A stretch of DNA of 62,234 nucleotides from a virus (Duplodnaviria; Caudoviricetes): positions 1 to 62,234 of IMG/VR virus record IMGVR_UViG_3300020044_009834. One strand, 5' to 3'. Position numbers and translations under genes: made by a program. Shown piece by piece: positions 30,801 to 38,285 of this stretch (positions are counted from its first letter, which is position 1; each line of letters opens with the position of its first letter). The notes beneath the pieces were generated by a model that had not been told where the DNA came from, ran no database searches, and saw only the letters and a program-made list of their open reading frames with translations.

Positions 30801-31745
30801 TTAAATGGATTCTTATTTACAAATAAAGAAGCAAGCAGACAAATACTTGTAAAGATTTTCATGCCTTTTGCTAACTTCAGAATGAATCAGGCAGCTAGAT
30901 TAGGCTCAGATATAAATGTACTTACAAGCAAAACATCTACAGTAGAAGACAGAAGAACTGCTGCATTATCTTTATCGGGATTTGCTGTAGAGATGGCTGT
31001 ATTTAAAATGTTATCAGGTGGTCTTGTATATTTATTTGGTTCACTTACTAAGTGGCTTATGGATGATGATGAAAATAAAGAGGAAAGAAAGAAAAGAAGA
31101 GAAAGTATTATAAAAGGTCAAGCTACATCAGCAGTTGCAGATATACTGTCTCCTGCTCCTCTTTTAGACCCTATTTTACAGTATGGTGCAGCATATGCAC
31201 TAGCGCAAACTCAGCGTATGTTAAAAACAAAAGAAAAAGATGTAGTATCTTTATACGAACCAAAAGCCAAAACTATTGCGGAGCAGTATGGTTTGTTTGG
31301 TATTCCTCTTATCAGAGCAGCACAATTAGGTGAAATGACTATGTTAGCTTACAATGGTATTTATAAAGATGATTATGGAAGAGAGAGAAAAATAAGTAAA
31401 AATGACCAAGAACTTATTGGCAATATGATTCCACTTGCTCTTCTTACAAATATTGGATTAGCACCTGTAGAAGTAAATACAGTTATGAGAAATACAATCA
31501 AGTTTGCTAAGAAAGGTTCTAAGACTATAAAATCTGTAGATAGAGAAAAGTCTAACGATTACGGTATATACGATACCAAGGAAGATTTAAAAAGATACGA
31601 CCCAATTTTATATGAAGAAAAATTCGGTAAGAACTCTGAAAACTATCTTGAAAATGAAGAAGAAAGAAAAGATAAAAAAGAAGAGAGAGATTTGAAGAGA
31701 GCCGAAAAGGATGCTAAGTATGGATATGTTCCAAAAGTAAAATAA
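21822..31745 (+). CDS. giant polyvalent virion protein with zincin-like metallopeptidase and ADP-ribosyltransferase-like domains
   Basis: 3307 aa; duplicated 33-aa N-terminal repeat; Gly/Ala hydrophobic helices; HEVAH at ~24765; WHGSPH.FDKF...GTGEGAQAFGWGLYF...DGIKY...NYVVFDE at ~27000-27780. Confidence 0.8.
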   Translation: MPDLKQSLRDFVATSNSGKYSTEEELLSKFPELQGYDIQSLKDFVATSNSGKYGTEEEVLSKFPEFGLTSEDPLKKKEQTQLPTQGNVSGTMGLPSESTSSGSLKPFDKNALLAKGLKQTTIATPLESAPQSKQEIIDNANFRTPTNLTSLQAINNAAQEKVRVEKEKLDLRNQIFTYQTLNPETKGGGYAALENIILDPNQSEEKKLAAQKQKETVDKYFQLSEKTKALNARIDKDETIRQKGLDERYGSYRNTTESFKSYGIKGVTGFMGMLNAIGGQEDEFNYDKFKSILKSYAIESSITLSPEEKEKLRKDNEYNDDGSLDEEVRTQKREKLAVVNKFADSLITQETPKNWQKLFEGEWSANRVGYVISQAFGQVLPTVAAGFLGGGTGAVAAGAAGAGMAYNESFDMFEKAGLTTRQSELAATALSIPLGVLEAMGVSDLVTKPAFKLLLKETTRDVISKLATKELTEASLFSYVKATMGQKIKEYGKDLVMSGVKEPLTEIEQALLSEAAGQTAEAYTGKDSNKDQTMAQYLKELGLKVSEEGFYGLVGGVGTSAVTSAVQNQANPTAYGRALELKDDALMSEFKKQLDREVKKGIITQEQAVTAVENVHKIQAADNQIPSTIEGNERRSMTATLIQIKQALKNEIEGKDKSLTGPTQAAIADIDVKLNEIATGEDTKTEQVSPKGEGILANPETTTAALEALPLEEKTTATFKDTNGDTVSILGNEKKLSDLFHEAQSTPEDKRTEFQQSIIDTVEVSLKTPLDLETEVSRLESEFGLDKQTITEADTAISQLSDNEQVTETVTSLDDVPVQFRDRVTVNKTEGTPKRKRFFGIPYGKEVKGQTKETYTYTATGKEIKSAYAATKQQVGAAPTTDTGVSATNKSSLDTLKAKTTDAVKLKVVESAQRAIKTLQSVMPNFDIVVHEDEGSYNAAVEKTGGKQNTKGNFNAVKNADGTYSGRIDINLSRASTTTVAHEVAHGIMLQAFGDKPALFKEFRNKISTVLKQSTNDKLIAFADQYKTDVTYEEYLAELTGLLEQEQANISPTTLQRIAAIINKLVSTLSAGQIKVFEDLKNTKDVIDFFSNVSQAIKGGEAIQFLNETQAYGEGLAIKVPSDFVATKSKKLSAKSQIGDYVIPSKYVGKDEFDVLKLGEVPVKNLTDLIKQYEGRVVIITSDATGYGVDSDNEPILGGYGFANNAKNIEDGIGFASLGVGTVKGAYTAAEKAYGQGKTLVLIMIQPPHTTINNSYGAKYLMRAMQQLGTLSPKKLAEAKESIKKFINNSKAMQDELKAEEEAAEEEALAIKEAKEKGEEIKKSEAGAKRRTSKVELFKLIDSIQPNSNLKELTDAYLNCTTFNTRKYIGMGVLSEHKDVQTNEKTTKSKLLFREVGATIYDFLKEYGDQSFLTEDMMLNNVGGFTVGGFELDVTSVEEREKLIEEIQTKGILHPLFNGKLPGTNHFILDGVYDVQENFGEFARPEKGIDMSTQLDKVTAKERKAWFDEFITKKDATTTSGIGIDRAKFKKEYRKLPKKELKEEYFIDKVKPSFQNGLENIVRDKMSRKYFEKLANGNKDKLNSFYLAKNRDVDPSKRTYSMLSAPNKVNFKDTYLAPKGLLKDVATHVPTKVAGGIGFIPQEGAAERMAQTEFKKSEKLTQQKNDKENNAGVQSNLGKGQESKQAKSNKSASSKKISTSGDVQAYEEEVTALEQSFPINKSQVDAWHGSPHLFDKFTTEKIGTGEGAQAFGWGLYFSDVKGIAQAYADRLSAISIQAEAIAQFVYGTGYTNENIQDIVSKSVDERIKLINDAYDKTVNKIKSSINYEKAPDFANEIIDNQTKLKNRYIEQAKSNAGRVLYKVSLHQGKTPEQYNWVEWDKRIKEQTFDKIKKSLGEKGYQIKNKENQGFHLYSKEGLLLGYYNMYDSGQELYSELDKTLGSPQKASLFLLENGIDGIKYPAESISRGATSDTARGSNYVVFDENAVTVNAINKSQEDAVKTIDRMVRDARGQGFSEEAIAIFLERNGFTAQEIEEVMDTELGASKQMVLSEETMPGFDKMMAAINKAIKKDKALTTVPNKDILSRIMKYLAKQDTYKNATDVQREKLVRDIRKIIGIREKAVKNLSTTLDKFERYDASHGIDVTLGNIVDPNNITMTEKELLIKQIKDYARGARDVKAAWVKASAELTKDIKNMMKTGKISVKQAASIVRRFSAVNVFSEKSIGKFVDYMTKVFNDAEYVNQLSIAQKTKKAIASLSKNQDRNANLRELGKKFTEIDPSMVDDIYKYNTVAAAIYEAIYGSKLTSEGPKFAQTINIESVSKYVDEMVESQNKKLLDEKIAEIQELLGIDASKFTPQEIKALLENTQTIKKSNEVAIKDSIKKMFGIYSTLIKETISRGTDLFTGEPRNFTKQQKELIGRFMAMDLNNLNAKQSLAAVDSLINFFQNDSTAKMEAVLSDYTAMENTKTLIDKNIKSLRLSKWFSDDFGKLLAEQTYNLPMLFERMFKGVGRGAYVQKMSGLTKLINKKSLAVSESNAIVEEYVSQFYKKEANGEAFNTSENNVERGMAAFMMRTFVGSEEKMQTEFNRRKGLVKQTIDVLSKGNDEEKVKGELYQKVYDKIFSVAKNPLSPNQVSGTEPQNAKEIAERIDKVNLEAIQFWQNAWGDKFDKLADVSLNVYNKVLNKELNYIPDNLRKLASNSKTTDLQSTAAMNESSFHHNNNSLYDTEAGVLQTPSYPIELPTDDKNNRTNRVVDFSFDSNNANSMYDALVDVNTAAAVRQVDTFINGDDFNKIFNIEDGEMLKDRIEGYVRNIRSRNIYSQDEFSKFAKALNKVAAIGVGQALAGPTQTLKQVIPVAFNTLVNAQNLDVISSLNSDFQTWLGESGYAIGTRGVKSQADIESLNKLIKEDAKTGGKKTLELVLKANEWWLQTFLVSPDVYIAKASWKSYYEKSLRQQGIDTKNLDYSSHTLNEDAADYAQRMVDRQQNVSDADLNGFLFTNKEASRQILVKIFMPFANFRMNQAARLGSDINVLTSKTSTVEDRRTAALSLSGFAVEMAVFKMLSGGLVYLFGSLTKWLMDDDENKEERKKRRESIIKGQATSAVADILSPAPLLDPILQYGAAYALAQTQRMLKTKEKDVVSLYEPKAKTIAEQYGLFGIPLIRAAQLGEMTMLAYNGIYKDDYGRERKISKNDQELIGNMIPLALLTNIGLAPVEVNTVMRNTIKFAKKGSKTIKSVDREKSNDYGIYDTKEDLKRYDPILYEEKFGKNSENYLENEEERKDKKEERDLKRAEKDAKYGYVPKVK
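24111..24126. promoter_or_regulatory. GTGTC-N6-GACAC palindrome (inside giant gene)
   Basis: GTGTC CTTAAA GACAC. Confidence 0.7.
26815..26952 (+). CDS. 45-aa basic protein nested in the +1 frame of the giant gene
   Basis: MIKKTTQGYKVTSEKGKNLSKPNLTKAQAVKRLAQVEMFKHMKKK*; A-rich leader; the host frame here is a low-complexity linker. Confidence 0.65.
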   Translation: MIKKTTQGYKVTSEKGKNLSKPNLTKAQAVKRLAQVEMFKHMKKK

Positions 31746-31779
31746 AAAAAAAGGTCACAGTTATTAGCTGTGACCTTTT
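31746..31779. terminator. bidirectional terminator between convergent modules
   Basis: AAAAGGTCACAG TTATTAG CTGTGACCTTTT. Confidence 0.9.
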
Positions 31780-31795
31780 GTGTCTTTAACGACAC
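31780..31795. promoter_or_regulatory. GTGTC-N6-GACAC palindrome
   Basis: GTGTC TTTAAC GACAC, abutting the stop of 31795..31989. Confidence 0.75.
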
Positions 31796-31989
31796 TAAAA
31801 TTCATCTTCTTCTAGGGATTTGATAATGTATCTAAGGTCAACTATTAAGTTCTTAGCATCCTTCTCCACAGCTTTAAAGTCTCTATCAACTAAGTTCTCA
31901 TAGATGTTTGATAATAGGTTATGGTTTTCAGTCATCCTGAAAGCTATCCTATGCGCCCTTTTGTTTTCTTCATCTTGCTGTGGGTTCAT
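31795..31989 (-). CDS. hypothetical protein
   Basis: 64-aa ORF, last gene of the - strand operon. Confidence 0.7.
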   Translation of the reverse strand: MNPQQDEENKRAHRIAFRMTENHNLLSNIYENLVDRDFKAVEKDAKNLIVDLRYIIKSLEEDEF

Positions 31990-31992
31990 ATG

Positions 31993-32544
31993 CTATGATT
32001 GGTTTTTATATGCTATTCTTTGGAACATATTTACTATTTGTTTTTCTATTAAGTCTTCATTCCCTTCAGGTGTATTACGTTCTATTAGTTCGATAATTCT
32101 ACCTATTCTATTGTATTTAGTATTTAAATTTAAAGTATAACTCCGCTCCAAATTTAGTTCATCTATTATTTTTTTCAAAGAAGAAACCTCTTCTTTGTGA
32201 GTTAGTACTTGTTCTTCTGTATAATTTAGGTGTTCTTTCCTATTAACCATGTTTCTTGCTACAATATACTTTCCTTTTAACTCTTCATATATTGGCAACA
32301 TATCATCTAATTGTTTTAGGTAATGTATAATAGTAGTGTGGTCTTTCTTTAAATAAAAACCTATTGTTTTAAGTGGCATCATTCCTTCTCTAAGAATTTT
32401 AGCTAAAACCATTCTTGCCTCTACATTATTTCTTTTCCTTGTATTTAAATAAACTTTACAATTAAATAAACTTTCTACGCACATTCTTGCATACTCTACT
32501 TCTGCATCTTTTCTTATAGAATCACTCCAACTATCTTTACCCAT
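31993..32544 (-). CDS. DnaA domain IV-like HTH protein with coiled coil
   Basis: TRKRNNVEARM...LKTIGFYLKKDHTTIIHY matches the DnaA C-terminal signature. Confidence 0.75.
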   Translation of the reverse strand: MGKDSWSDSIRKDAEVEYARMCVESLFNCKVYLNTRKRNNVEARMVLAKILREGMMPLKTIGFYLKKDHTTIIHYLKQLDDMLPIYEELKGKYIVARNMVNRKEHLNYTEEQVLTHKEEVSSLKKIIDELNLERSYTLNLNTKYNRIGRIIELIERNTPEGNEDLIEKQIVNMFQRIAYKNQS

Positions 32545-32548
32545 TTTT

Positions 32549-32788
32549 TTATCCTTTAAATATTTCTGTTTTTACTCCGTGTTCGTTTAGTTCATTCATA
32601 CGAAACTCTTGCAGTTTCGAAAGTTTCCCAATAGGTGTCTTCACCTCAACAAATAGCACATCCGAATTTCTTGGGATGGCTAGCAGGTCAGGGATACCGT
32701 TCTTATTGGTCTTCATCAGTTTAAGAACATAGTATCCTTGAGCCTCAAGTTCCTTAATCTTCTTGGTCTGTATTTGCTGTTCTGTCAT
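32549..32788 (-). CDS. VRR-NUC nuclease
   Basis: Likely start MTEQQIQ; GIPDLL, FVEVK, GKLSKLQ. Confidence 0.85.
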   Translation of the reverse strand: MTEQQIQTKKIKELEAQGYYVLKLMKTNKNGIPDLLAIPRNSDVLFVEVKTPIGKLSKLQEFRMNELNEHGVKTEIFKG

Positions 32789-33005
32789 TATTATAGTTTT
32801 CGTTGTACCATGTTTCAGAACTTCTATTATAGAATCTTGATTGACTACCTGACTGTTGGTCAGTCCTACCATCTCTGTAATCCTCAATCTTCTGTTGCTT
32901 ATCCATTTTTTTTGCTTTTGCAAATAATCCAAGTTCATTAACGGAATAATTTTGCAGGGCAATAAATTCCTGCTCCAACCATTCTACTGCTGTTTGTTTG
33001 CTCAT
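32754..33005 (-). CDS. hypothetical protein (KQTAVEWL type)
   Basis: 83-aa ORF in the operon. Confidence 0.65.
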   Translation of the reverse strand: MSKQTAVEWLEQEFIALQNYSVNELGLFAKAKKMDKQQKIEDYRDGRTDQQSGSQSRFYNRSSETWYNENYNNDRTANTDQED

Positions 33006-33007
33006 AT

Positions 33008-33112
33008 TTATTTATTTTTTAATAATTTAATTAAATCTACAATTGTTATTATTAACATTACAAAACTTCCTAAAAGTATTGATATTGCTATAAAATTTAA
33101 AAACTCTTTCAT
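33008..33112 (-). CDS. small single-TM protein
   Basis: MKEFLNFIAISILLGSFVMLIITIVDLIKLLKNK*; fills the gap exactly; not in the ORF track. Confidence 0.55.
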   Translation of the reverse strand: MKEFLNFIAISILLGSFVMLIITIVDLIKLLKNK

Positions 33113-33462
33113 AATCTTTGATTAAATAAGTTTTTTACTAATTCTGTTTTCTCTTCAATGCTCATCTCTTCAGGATTGTTATCATTGAATCTATCTAAGT
33201 TTCTGTTACCAAGGTTGTCTTGGTCTAGTTCATGATACAAAGCATTAAGAAGTGCAACTGCTCCTTCTCTACTAAATGCAAGACTAGTAACTACAGCAGA
33301 ATCTCTAAGATTTAAATGACCTGCTCTAGGTATGCTTGCTGACTCTTTATCTGATACCATTATTGCTTCTAGTAGTAATGTTCCATCTTCTCTAGTATAA
33401 ACACTAATCTTTCTATTCTTTATTTTTACTTTTGTACAGTTGTTATATTTCGTTATCTTCAT
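33109..33462 (-). CDS. hypothetical protein
   Basis: 117-aa ORF, coupled to neighbours. Confidence 0.65.
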   Translation of the reverse strand: MKITKYNNCTKVKIKNRKISVYTREDGTLLLEAIMVSDKESASIPRAGHLNLRDSAVVTSLAFSREGAVALLNALYHELDQDNLGNRNLDRFNDNNPEEMSIEEKTELVKNLFNQRL

Positions 33463-34903
33463 TGAAATCTTTTTTAAAATGTGAAATTGTATAATTTTTC
33501 TTTTTAACTACTGCCTTGTATATCTCGTACTCAATACCTCCCTTAGCAAATACCCAATATACATTGTTAGTCAGCCTCTCCTTGGTAGTCATCCTATCCT
33601 TGGACTGCCAATAACTTGTGGCACTAAAGTCTATGTTGTAGTAAACCAAGTAGTCAGCCATCCTTAATGATATTCCCTCTCTACCTGATACTATTTGTAA
33701 TGCAATATTCTTATCTGTGTCCTCAAAGACACTAAGTTCTGTTGTCAATTCATCCCCAAACACTTGCTTCAATGCCTCTAGTTCTTCCTTGAACTTGTAG
33801 AAGATTCCAATCTTGTTACCTAAAAAGTTATCATAGATGAACTGAGCCTTGGTCGTATCAATCACCATAGAGTTACCACTTTCAAACTTAACCGTGCCTG
33901 AGTACAGTTGGTGTAGTTTGCTCATCAGTTTGACAGCTGTATCACCTAGTATAACCTCCTCCTTGCCTTCCACAACTAAATCTCTTTTTAGTTTATTAAT
34001 CAACTTATAGGTTGATTCTTTCATCTCTACCTCTAGTATTTCTTCATTTACTTTGGTGACAAATCCTGCCTCTTCCTGAGTATAGTTAATGGTATAAGGA
34101 ATCATTTTGTCTATGATATTCTCTAATCCTCTTGAATAATCTTTTACAAAGTATCCGTTTATTTTCTTTTGTGTTACGTTCACATACTTATCACAGAACC
34201 TATAGAAGCTAGGAAACTCTCTGAATGGATTATTCTTTATGCCATACACTTGATGGTACATCTGAGAGTAAGACTCAGGTGTAGGGGTTCCTGATAAAAG
34301 AATCACCATAGGGTTATGTCGCATAACTAAAGCTTTAACATCTGTGGCTCTATTACTTGGTTTAGGAAATGCTCCCATGCCATGTGCCTCATCACAAATT
34401 ATCATATCCCATTTTTCATTTGGTATCTTATGCACACTTTCATAGTTGATAACTGTTAATTTGTATATTGGATTTAGCATTTTGTAATCTGCTTCAATAC
34501 TAGAGATAGCTTTCTTTTTTGTTAGAAACAACACGTTATACACATCAAGTCTTGAGCATATACCTAAGCTTGTTAGTGTTTTTCCTGTTCTTACTTCCAT
34601 GGCTAGGTATAAGAAACCATGCTCTTTTATAATCTCAGTTCCTCTGTGTATTATTCGGGTTTGGTAATCCCTGAACTGAACTGAATTCATTGTATAAACT
34701 TCACTATCTTCCATATCGTTATCGCATAATTTTCTATAATGTTCGCAACTATTTAAAACTTTCTGAATGATGTGTGGCTCTGTTTCTTGCTTCTTTCCAT
34801 CTATTGTATCCAATGTAGGCATTACAACATTTTTAAGCATCTCACAGTACTTCCACATCATCTCATTACTATATCCATTTGATAATGGTATTATCTCTAT
34901 CAT
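33443..34903 (-). CDS. SNF2-like SF2 helicase
   Basis: FRDYQ Q-motif, RTGKT, ICDEAH, LSGTP, GREGISL, QSKDR. Confidence 0.9.
   Translation of the reverse strand: MIEIIPLSNGYSNEMMWKYCEMLKNVVMPTLDTIDGKKQETEPHIIQKVLNSCEHYRKLCDNDMEDSEVYTMNSVQFRDYQTRIIHRGTEIIKEHGFLYLAMEVRTGKTLTSLGICSRLDVYNVLFLTKKKAISSIEADYKMLNPIYKLTVINYESVHKIPNEKWDMIICDEAHGMGAFPKPSNRATDVKALVMRHNPMVILLSGTPTPESYSQMYHQVYGIKNNPFREFPSFYRFCDKYVNVTQKKINGYFVKDYSRGLENIIDKMIPYTINYTQEEAGFVTKVNEEILEVEMKESTYKLINKLKRDLVVEGKEEVILGDTAVKLMSKLHQLYSGTVKFESGNSMVIDTTKAQFIYDNFLGNKIGIFYKFKEELEALKQVFGDELTTELSVFEDTDKNIALQIVSGREGISLRMADYLVYYNIDFSATSYWQSKDRMTTKERLTNNVYWVFAKGGIEYEIYKAVVKKKNYTISHFKKDFNEDNEI
33717..33732. promoter_or_regulatory. GTGTC-N6-GACAC palindrome (inside helicase gene)
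   Basis: GTGTC CTCAAA GACAC. Confidence 0.7.
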
Positions 34904-35238
34904 CTCCTCCTTAGTCTTAAATCACATCTTGAACACTTCATTTTCTTGATGTATTTTTTTATTATAGGATACTCACACTCGCATTCTTTCTGTTTAAAGC
35001 TACCATCTGAATTATACTCCTCGTTGATAAAGTCAATAAGTTCTGAACAATACTCATACATATCACGACTTTCAAAATACGATATCAATATATTGACATC
35101 TTCTTCATCTATATCCTCGTTTGGTATGTGGGCAAATATCCCTATGCCTGAATAGATAATCTCTTCTATTGTAGCTTTTTCTGTTATTAGATTAAATGAA
35201 TTAATCATGCTTACATAAATCTGTTGGTCTTTTGTCAT
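34900..35238 (-). CDS. hypothetical protein with C-terminal Cys cluster
   Basis: CECE...CSRC. Confidence 0.65.
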   Translation of the reverse strand: MTKDQQIYVSMINSFNLITEKATIEEIIYSGIGIFAHIPNEDIDEEDVNILISYFESRDMYEYCSELIDFINEEYNSDGSFKQKECECEYPIIKKYIKKMKCSRCDLRLRRR

Positions 35239-35239
35239 T

Positions 35240-37663
35240 TTAGTCTACGTTTAAATGGTTTTGATGTTCTGAATCTTGTTTCTTTACTATTTGAATCCAT
35301 CTACCTACTTGGTCTCTGTCTTCTTGGGGCTGTACTCCCTCTTTAAATATTGCATATGCAACCAACCACTTATAGAATCTTGTTCTACTAATGGTCATCT
35401 TGCCTCTTGCTCCGTAGTCAGGGTACTCTTCTATAAAGTTTGAATACAATTCATTCTTGTATAGTCTCACCCCTACTTGTAATGCTACGTTTCTATCTTG
35501 ATTATCTAATAGACCGCACCACTCAATGAACTCATGGCAACTCTCTGCTGATAACTGTCTTATCTTCAAGTTCACGAACTTAGACTTAACCAATCCTTGT
35601 CTTAAATATATTCTCAAGCATCCTATCATGTAGTTGTCAAACTCACACCAATCATCATCAGACCAATCCCCGAACATAAGCTTTCCAAACTCATCTAGTG
35701 GTGTATATGCCTTGTTGTAGAACTGATGTAGTTCAAGTTCCCACTTTCTTCTTGCGAATGAATTACCAACACCCTTGATTGCGTAGTTAGTAGTTATAGC
35801 TATCTTGGGAGACTTACTGAAAGGTATCTTGATGGCATCCTTGTTCTTCTTCTCCAATGTCAATCCCTCAGTTACTACTGAGAATAATCTCTCAAAGTCA
35901 AAGTGTTTTTTTACATCATCAAAGCATAGAATCTGAGTATCTGCTGACACAAGCTGATATGCGAATGACCTCTCAAAGGCAAATGACTTACCATCTATCA
36001 CAACCAACTTCTTCATCTTGCTTAGTGCATTCATTATAAGTCCTTTTCCGGTACCTCCCTCAGGGTTATCACTAATAACCTCATCGTTCAATATAACAGC
36101 CGGACAGAATGATAGGTTCTTGTACCCATGCAATAGGAATCCTATAGTGCTTTCCATTGAGCCTACACGATGTTCATCGCTACCATTTACATTGCTGATA
36201 AACTTCTTAAAGTCACACGCACCTGTAACATTACATATGTCAAAGTTCCTATCAATCACATGGTCTTTCCAAACGTATCCACCTAAATCCACATAGTCAA
36301 TCTTTAAAATTGAATCCTTCATTATTTTTACAGCACAATTTTTATAATATAAATATGCCGTATCCTTGGTATCAGATATAAAATAAATATCTATAGTTGA
36401 TAGCAACGATAAGAACTCCTCCTTAAAAAATCTTGTATTATCTGCAAAGTAGTTATACACAGATATGTCTTCCAATTGCAATAAATGAGACAAAATAAAA
36501 TCCTTGATTTCTTTGTCTGATGTATGGTCTATTAGGTTATTGGTCACCTTTACAAATACATAATTCTTTCCACCCTCAGGGCAGTACTTGTAGAATCCTG
36601 AGTCCTCTAGGAACTGCTTGAATTGTATGTGAACTATCTTGATTACCCCTTTATCGTTCTTGCTCCAAAAGGTTTGCTTTGCGTTTTCTTCTTCAACCTT
36701 ATTTAGAACTGAATCAATTGTTGCGCTATCCAAATTGGAGTCTTGCAGTTGGGAGCGCACTTCGTTTTTTGATACACCCCTTCGTAACTTCTCTTTTATT
36801 TGATTTATTCTGTCCTCATCCTCGTAGTACTTGGTACCAAAGTTAGAGGTATGCTTGTATGCTGAATCTATAGTTGTTGCTATTTCTCTGAGAGTAAAAT
36901 CCTCAGATGAATACTGATTCATTATGTATGAGGCAAGACTTTTATTTACACCAAAGTCATTGAATGCCATGGCAAGTATGTATGTATGATGATTTCTTTG
37001 ACCATCTGCCATTGGATACTTTTTGTTCCACCACTTTACAAGTATCTCTACAATCTTATTCTCATCTGTGATAGGTATCGTAACTTGGTCTCTGACCTTG
37101 TTTACTTCCTTGTACTCAATTTCATCTATCTTATCCCATAAAGATGAGTTCACATTGACATGAATTAGTGGGTCGTAAGACTCGTAGCATACTCTACTGA
37201 TGTTCTTACTTGTCTTATCGAAATAAGGGCTGTTAAAATGCTTCTCTAGGCTGTTAAAGTAATGAGTATGGTTCTCAGGGTCTGAAGGTATTTTAACAAG
37301 AACCTTTAAACCATTTCCCGATGGTGAGATAAACACAGAGTACACATATTTATTTTTAGATATGTTCTCCTTGTCTTGTAGTAGTTCTTTCTTCTGAGCA
37401 TACCCATCAAAGTCTAGGCATATCAATCCTGAATGTTCTATTAGTGCTGTATCTAATCTTTTTCTGAATGTACCACTAAAGCAAATTGCAGGCAATTGTT
37501 TCTTCATGTCGTTTCTTTCAGGCTTTCCTCTCTCTAAACGAATCTTCTTAACCAAGTCCTTGGTAGCACCATCCTTAATCCTTTCAAGCACCATACTGAT
37601 GTCTCTGAAGTAAGGTGTATCTGTATCCTTAATTGATTTGAATATTGTTACATTGGTTATCAT
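35240..37663 (-). CDS. primase-helicase (BT4734/VirE-N-like primase, PriCT, P-loop ATPase)
   Basis: KKQLPAICFSG, ICLDFD, FISPSGNGLK, SRVCYESYD; GQRN; GGTGKG Walker A, CFDDV Walker B, ITTN. Confidence 0.88.
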   Translation of the reverse strand: MITNVTIFKSIKDTDTPYFRDISMVLERIKDGATKDLVKKIRLERGKPERNDMKKQLPAICFSGTFRKRLDTALIEHSGLICLDFDGYAQKKELLQDKENISKNKYVYSVFISPSGNGLKVLVKIPSDPENHTHYFNSLEKHFNSPYFDKTSKNISRVCYESYDPLIHVNVNSSLWDKIDEIEYKEVNKVRDQVTIPITDENKIVEILVKWWNKKYPMADGQRNHHTYILAMAFNDFGVNKSLASYIMNQYSSEDFTLREIATTIDSAYKHTSNFGTKYYEDEDRINQIKEKLRRGVSKNEVRSQLQDSNLDSATIDSVLNKVEEENAKQTFWSKNDKGVIKIVHIQFKQFLEDSGFYKYCPEGGKNYVFVKVTNNLIDHTSDKEIKDFILSHLLQLEDISVYNYFADNTRFFKEEFLSLLSTIDIYFISDTKDTAYLYYKNCAVKIMKDSILKIDYVDLGGYVWKDHVIDRNFDICNVTGACDFKKFISNVNGSDEHRVGSMESTIGFLLHGYKNLSFCPAVILNDEVISDNPEGGTGKGLIMNALSKMKKLVVIDGKSFAFERSFAYQLVSADTQILCFDDVKKHFDFERLFSVVTEGLTLEKKNKDAIKIPFSKSPKIAITTNYAIKGVGNSFARRKWELELHQFYNKAYTPLDEFGKLMFGDWSDDDWCEFDNYMIGCLRIYLRQGLVKSKFVNLKIRQLSAESCHEFIEWCGLLDNQDRNVALQVGVRLYKNELYSNFIEEYPDYGARGKMTISRTRFYKWLVAYAIFKEGVQPQEDRDQVGRWIQIVKKQDSEHQNHLNVD

Positions 37664-37820
37664 GTTGTTTTTATGTTGGTTTTATTTCTGTAACTTTTTG
37701 ATTATTAACTTTAATGTCTTTTATGTCGATTTTTTAACCAAATCTATAAATAATAAAATAATAAGAATAAAGAATATTATATATAGAGAATAGAGAAAAA
37801 ATTCTGTCATTTCTGTCATA
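37662..37820. other. putative replication origin, copy 1
   Basis: Repeated (TT)ATGTY, purine/AT-rich tract, TATATATAGAGA, CTGTCAT x2; lies directly upstream of the primase; homologous to 50201-50401. Confidence 0.55.
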
Positions 37821-37830
37821 GTTGGGAGAT

Positions 37831-37865
37831 AAAAATAGGGGAGATAGAATTCCCCCCTATATTTT
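37831..37865 (-). terminator. terminator after the SSB-like gene
   Basis: ATAGGGGAGA TAGAAT TCCCCCCTAT with A/T flanks. Confidence 0.7.
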
Positions 37866-37880
37866 ACAAACTTGAATCTC

Positions 37881-38183
37881 TTAGAAAGGCAAGTCATCTT
37901 CCTCTTCTTGTGGCATTACAGTAGGTGTAGGTGCTTTAGCTTTTGGTTTAGCAGTAGCTTGCTCCTCACCTCTTGGTTTAGGCTCGTAAGTGTCTAATTC
38001 AACGTAAAAGCTACCGCTCTTAGCTGTCTTAACATTTAGGTTTACCCAACCTTTCTTTTCGTTTTCCTTGATGAAAGCAATAGCCTCATCTACCTTTAAC
38101 GATAATCTCCCAATAACGAAATCGGGTGCGTTTTCTTGTCTCTTAAAAGAGAATCCATCTGCGAAAATTTTTTCTTGCGCCAT
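37881..38183 (-). CDS. putative single-stranded DNA-binding protein
   Basis: Acidic DDLPF tail; next to the annealase and exonuclease. Confidence 0.7.
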   Translation of the reverse strand: MAQEKIFADGFSFKRQENAPDFVIGRLSLKVDEAIAFIKENEKKGWVNLNVKTAKSGSFYVELDTYEPKPRGEEQATAKPKAKAPTPTVMPQEEEDDLPF

Positions 38184-38220
38184 GTTTTTGTGTTTGTTTT
38201 TTTTGCCCTAAACGATTAAA

Positions 38221-38260
38221 ACTGAGAGCATTACCCTTAGGGCTAGATAACACTCTCAGT
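38221..38260 (-). other. long bulged RNA hairpin (possible RNase III-type processing site)
   Basis: - strand ACTGAGAGTGTT ATCTA GCCCTAAGGGT AATGCTCTCAGT; G-U pairs form only on the - strand. Confidence 0.5.
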
Positions 38261-38267
38261 ATCTTTT

Positions 38268-38283
38268 GTGTCCTTAAAGACAC
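38268..38283. promoter_or_regulatory. GTGTC-N6-GACAC palindrome
   Basis: GTGTC CTTAAA GACAC, 2 nt after a stop codon. Confidence 0.75.
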
Positions 38284-38285
38284 TC

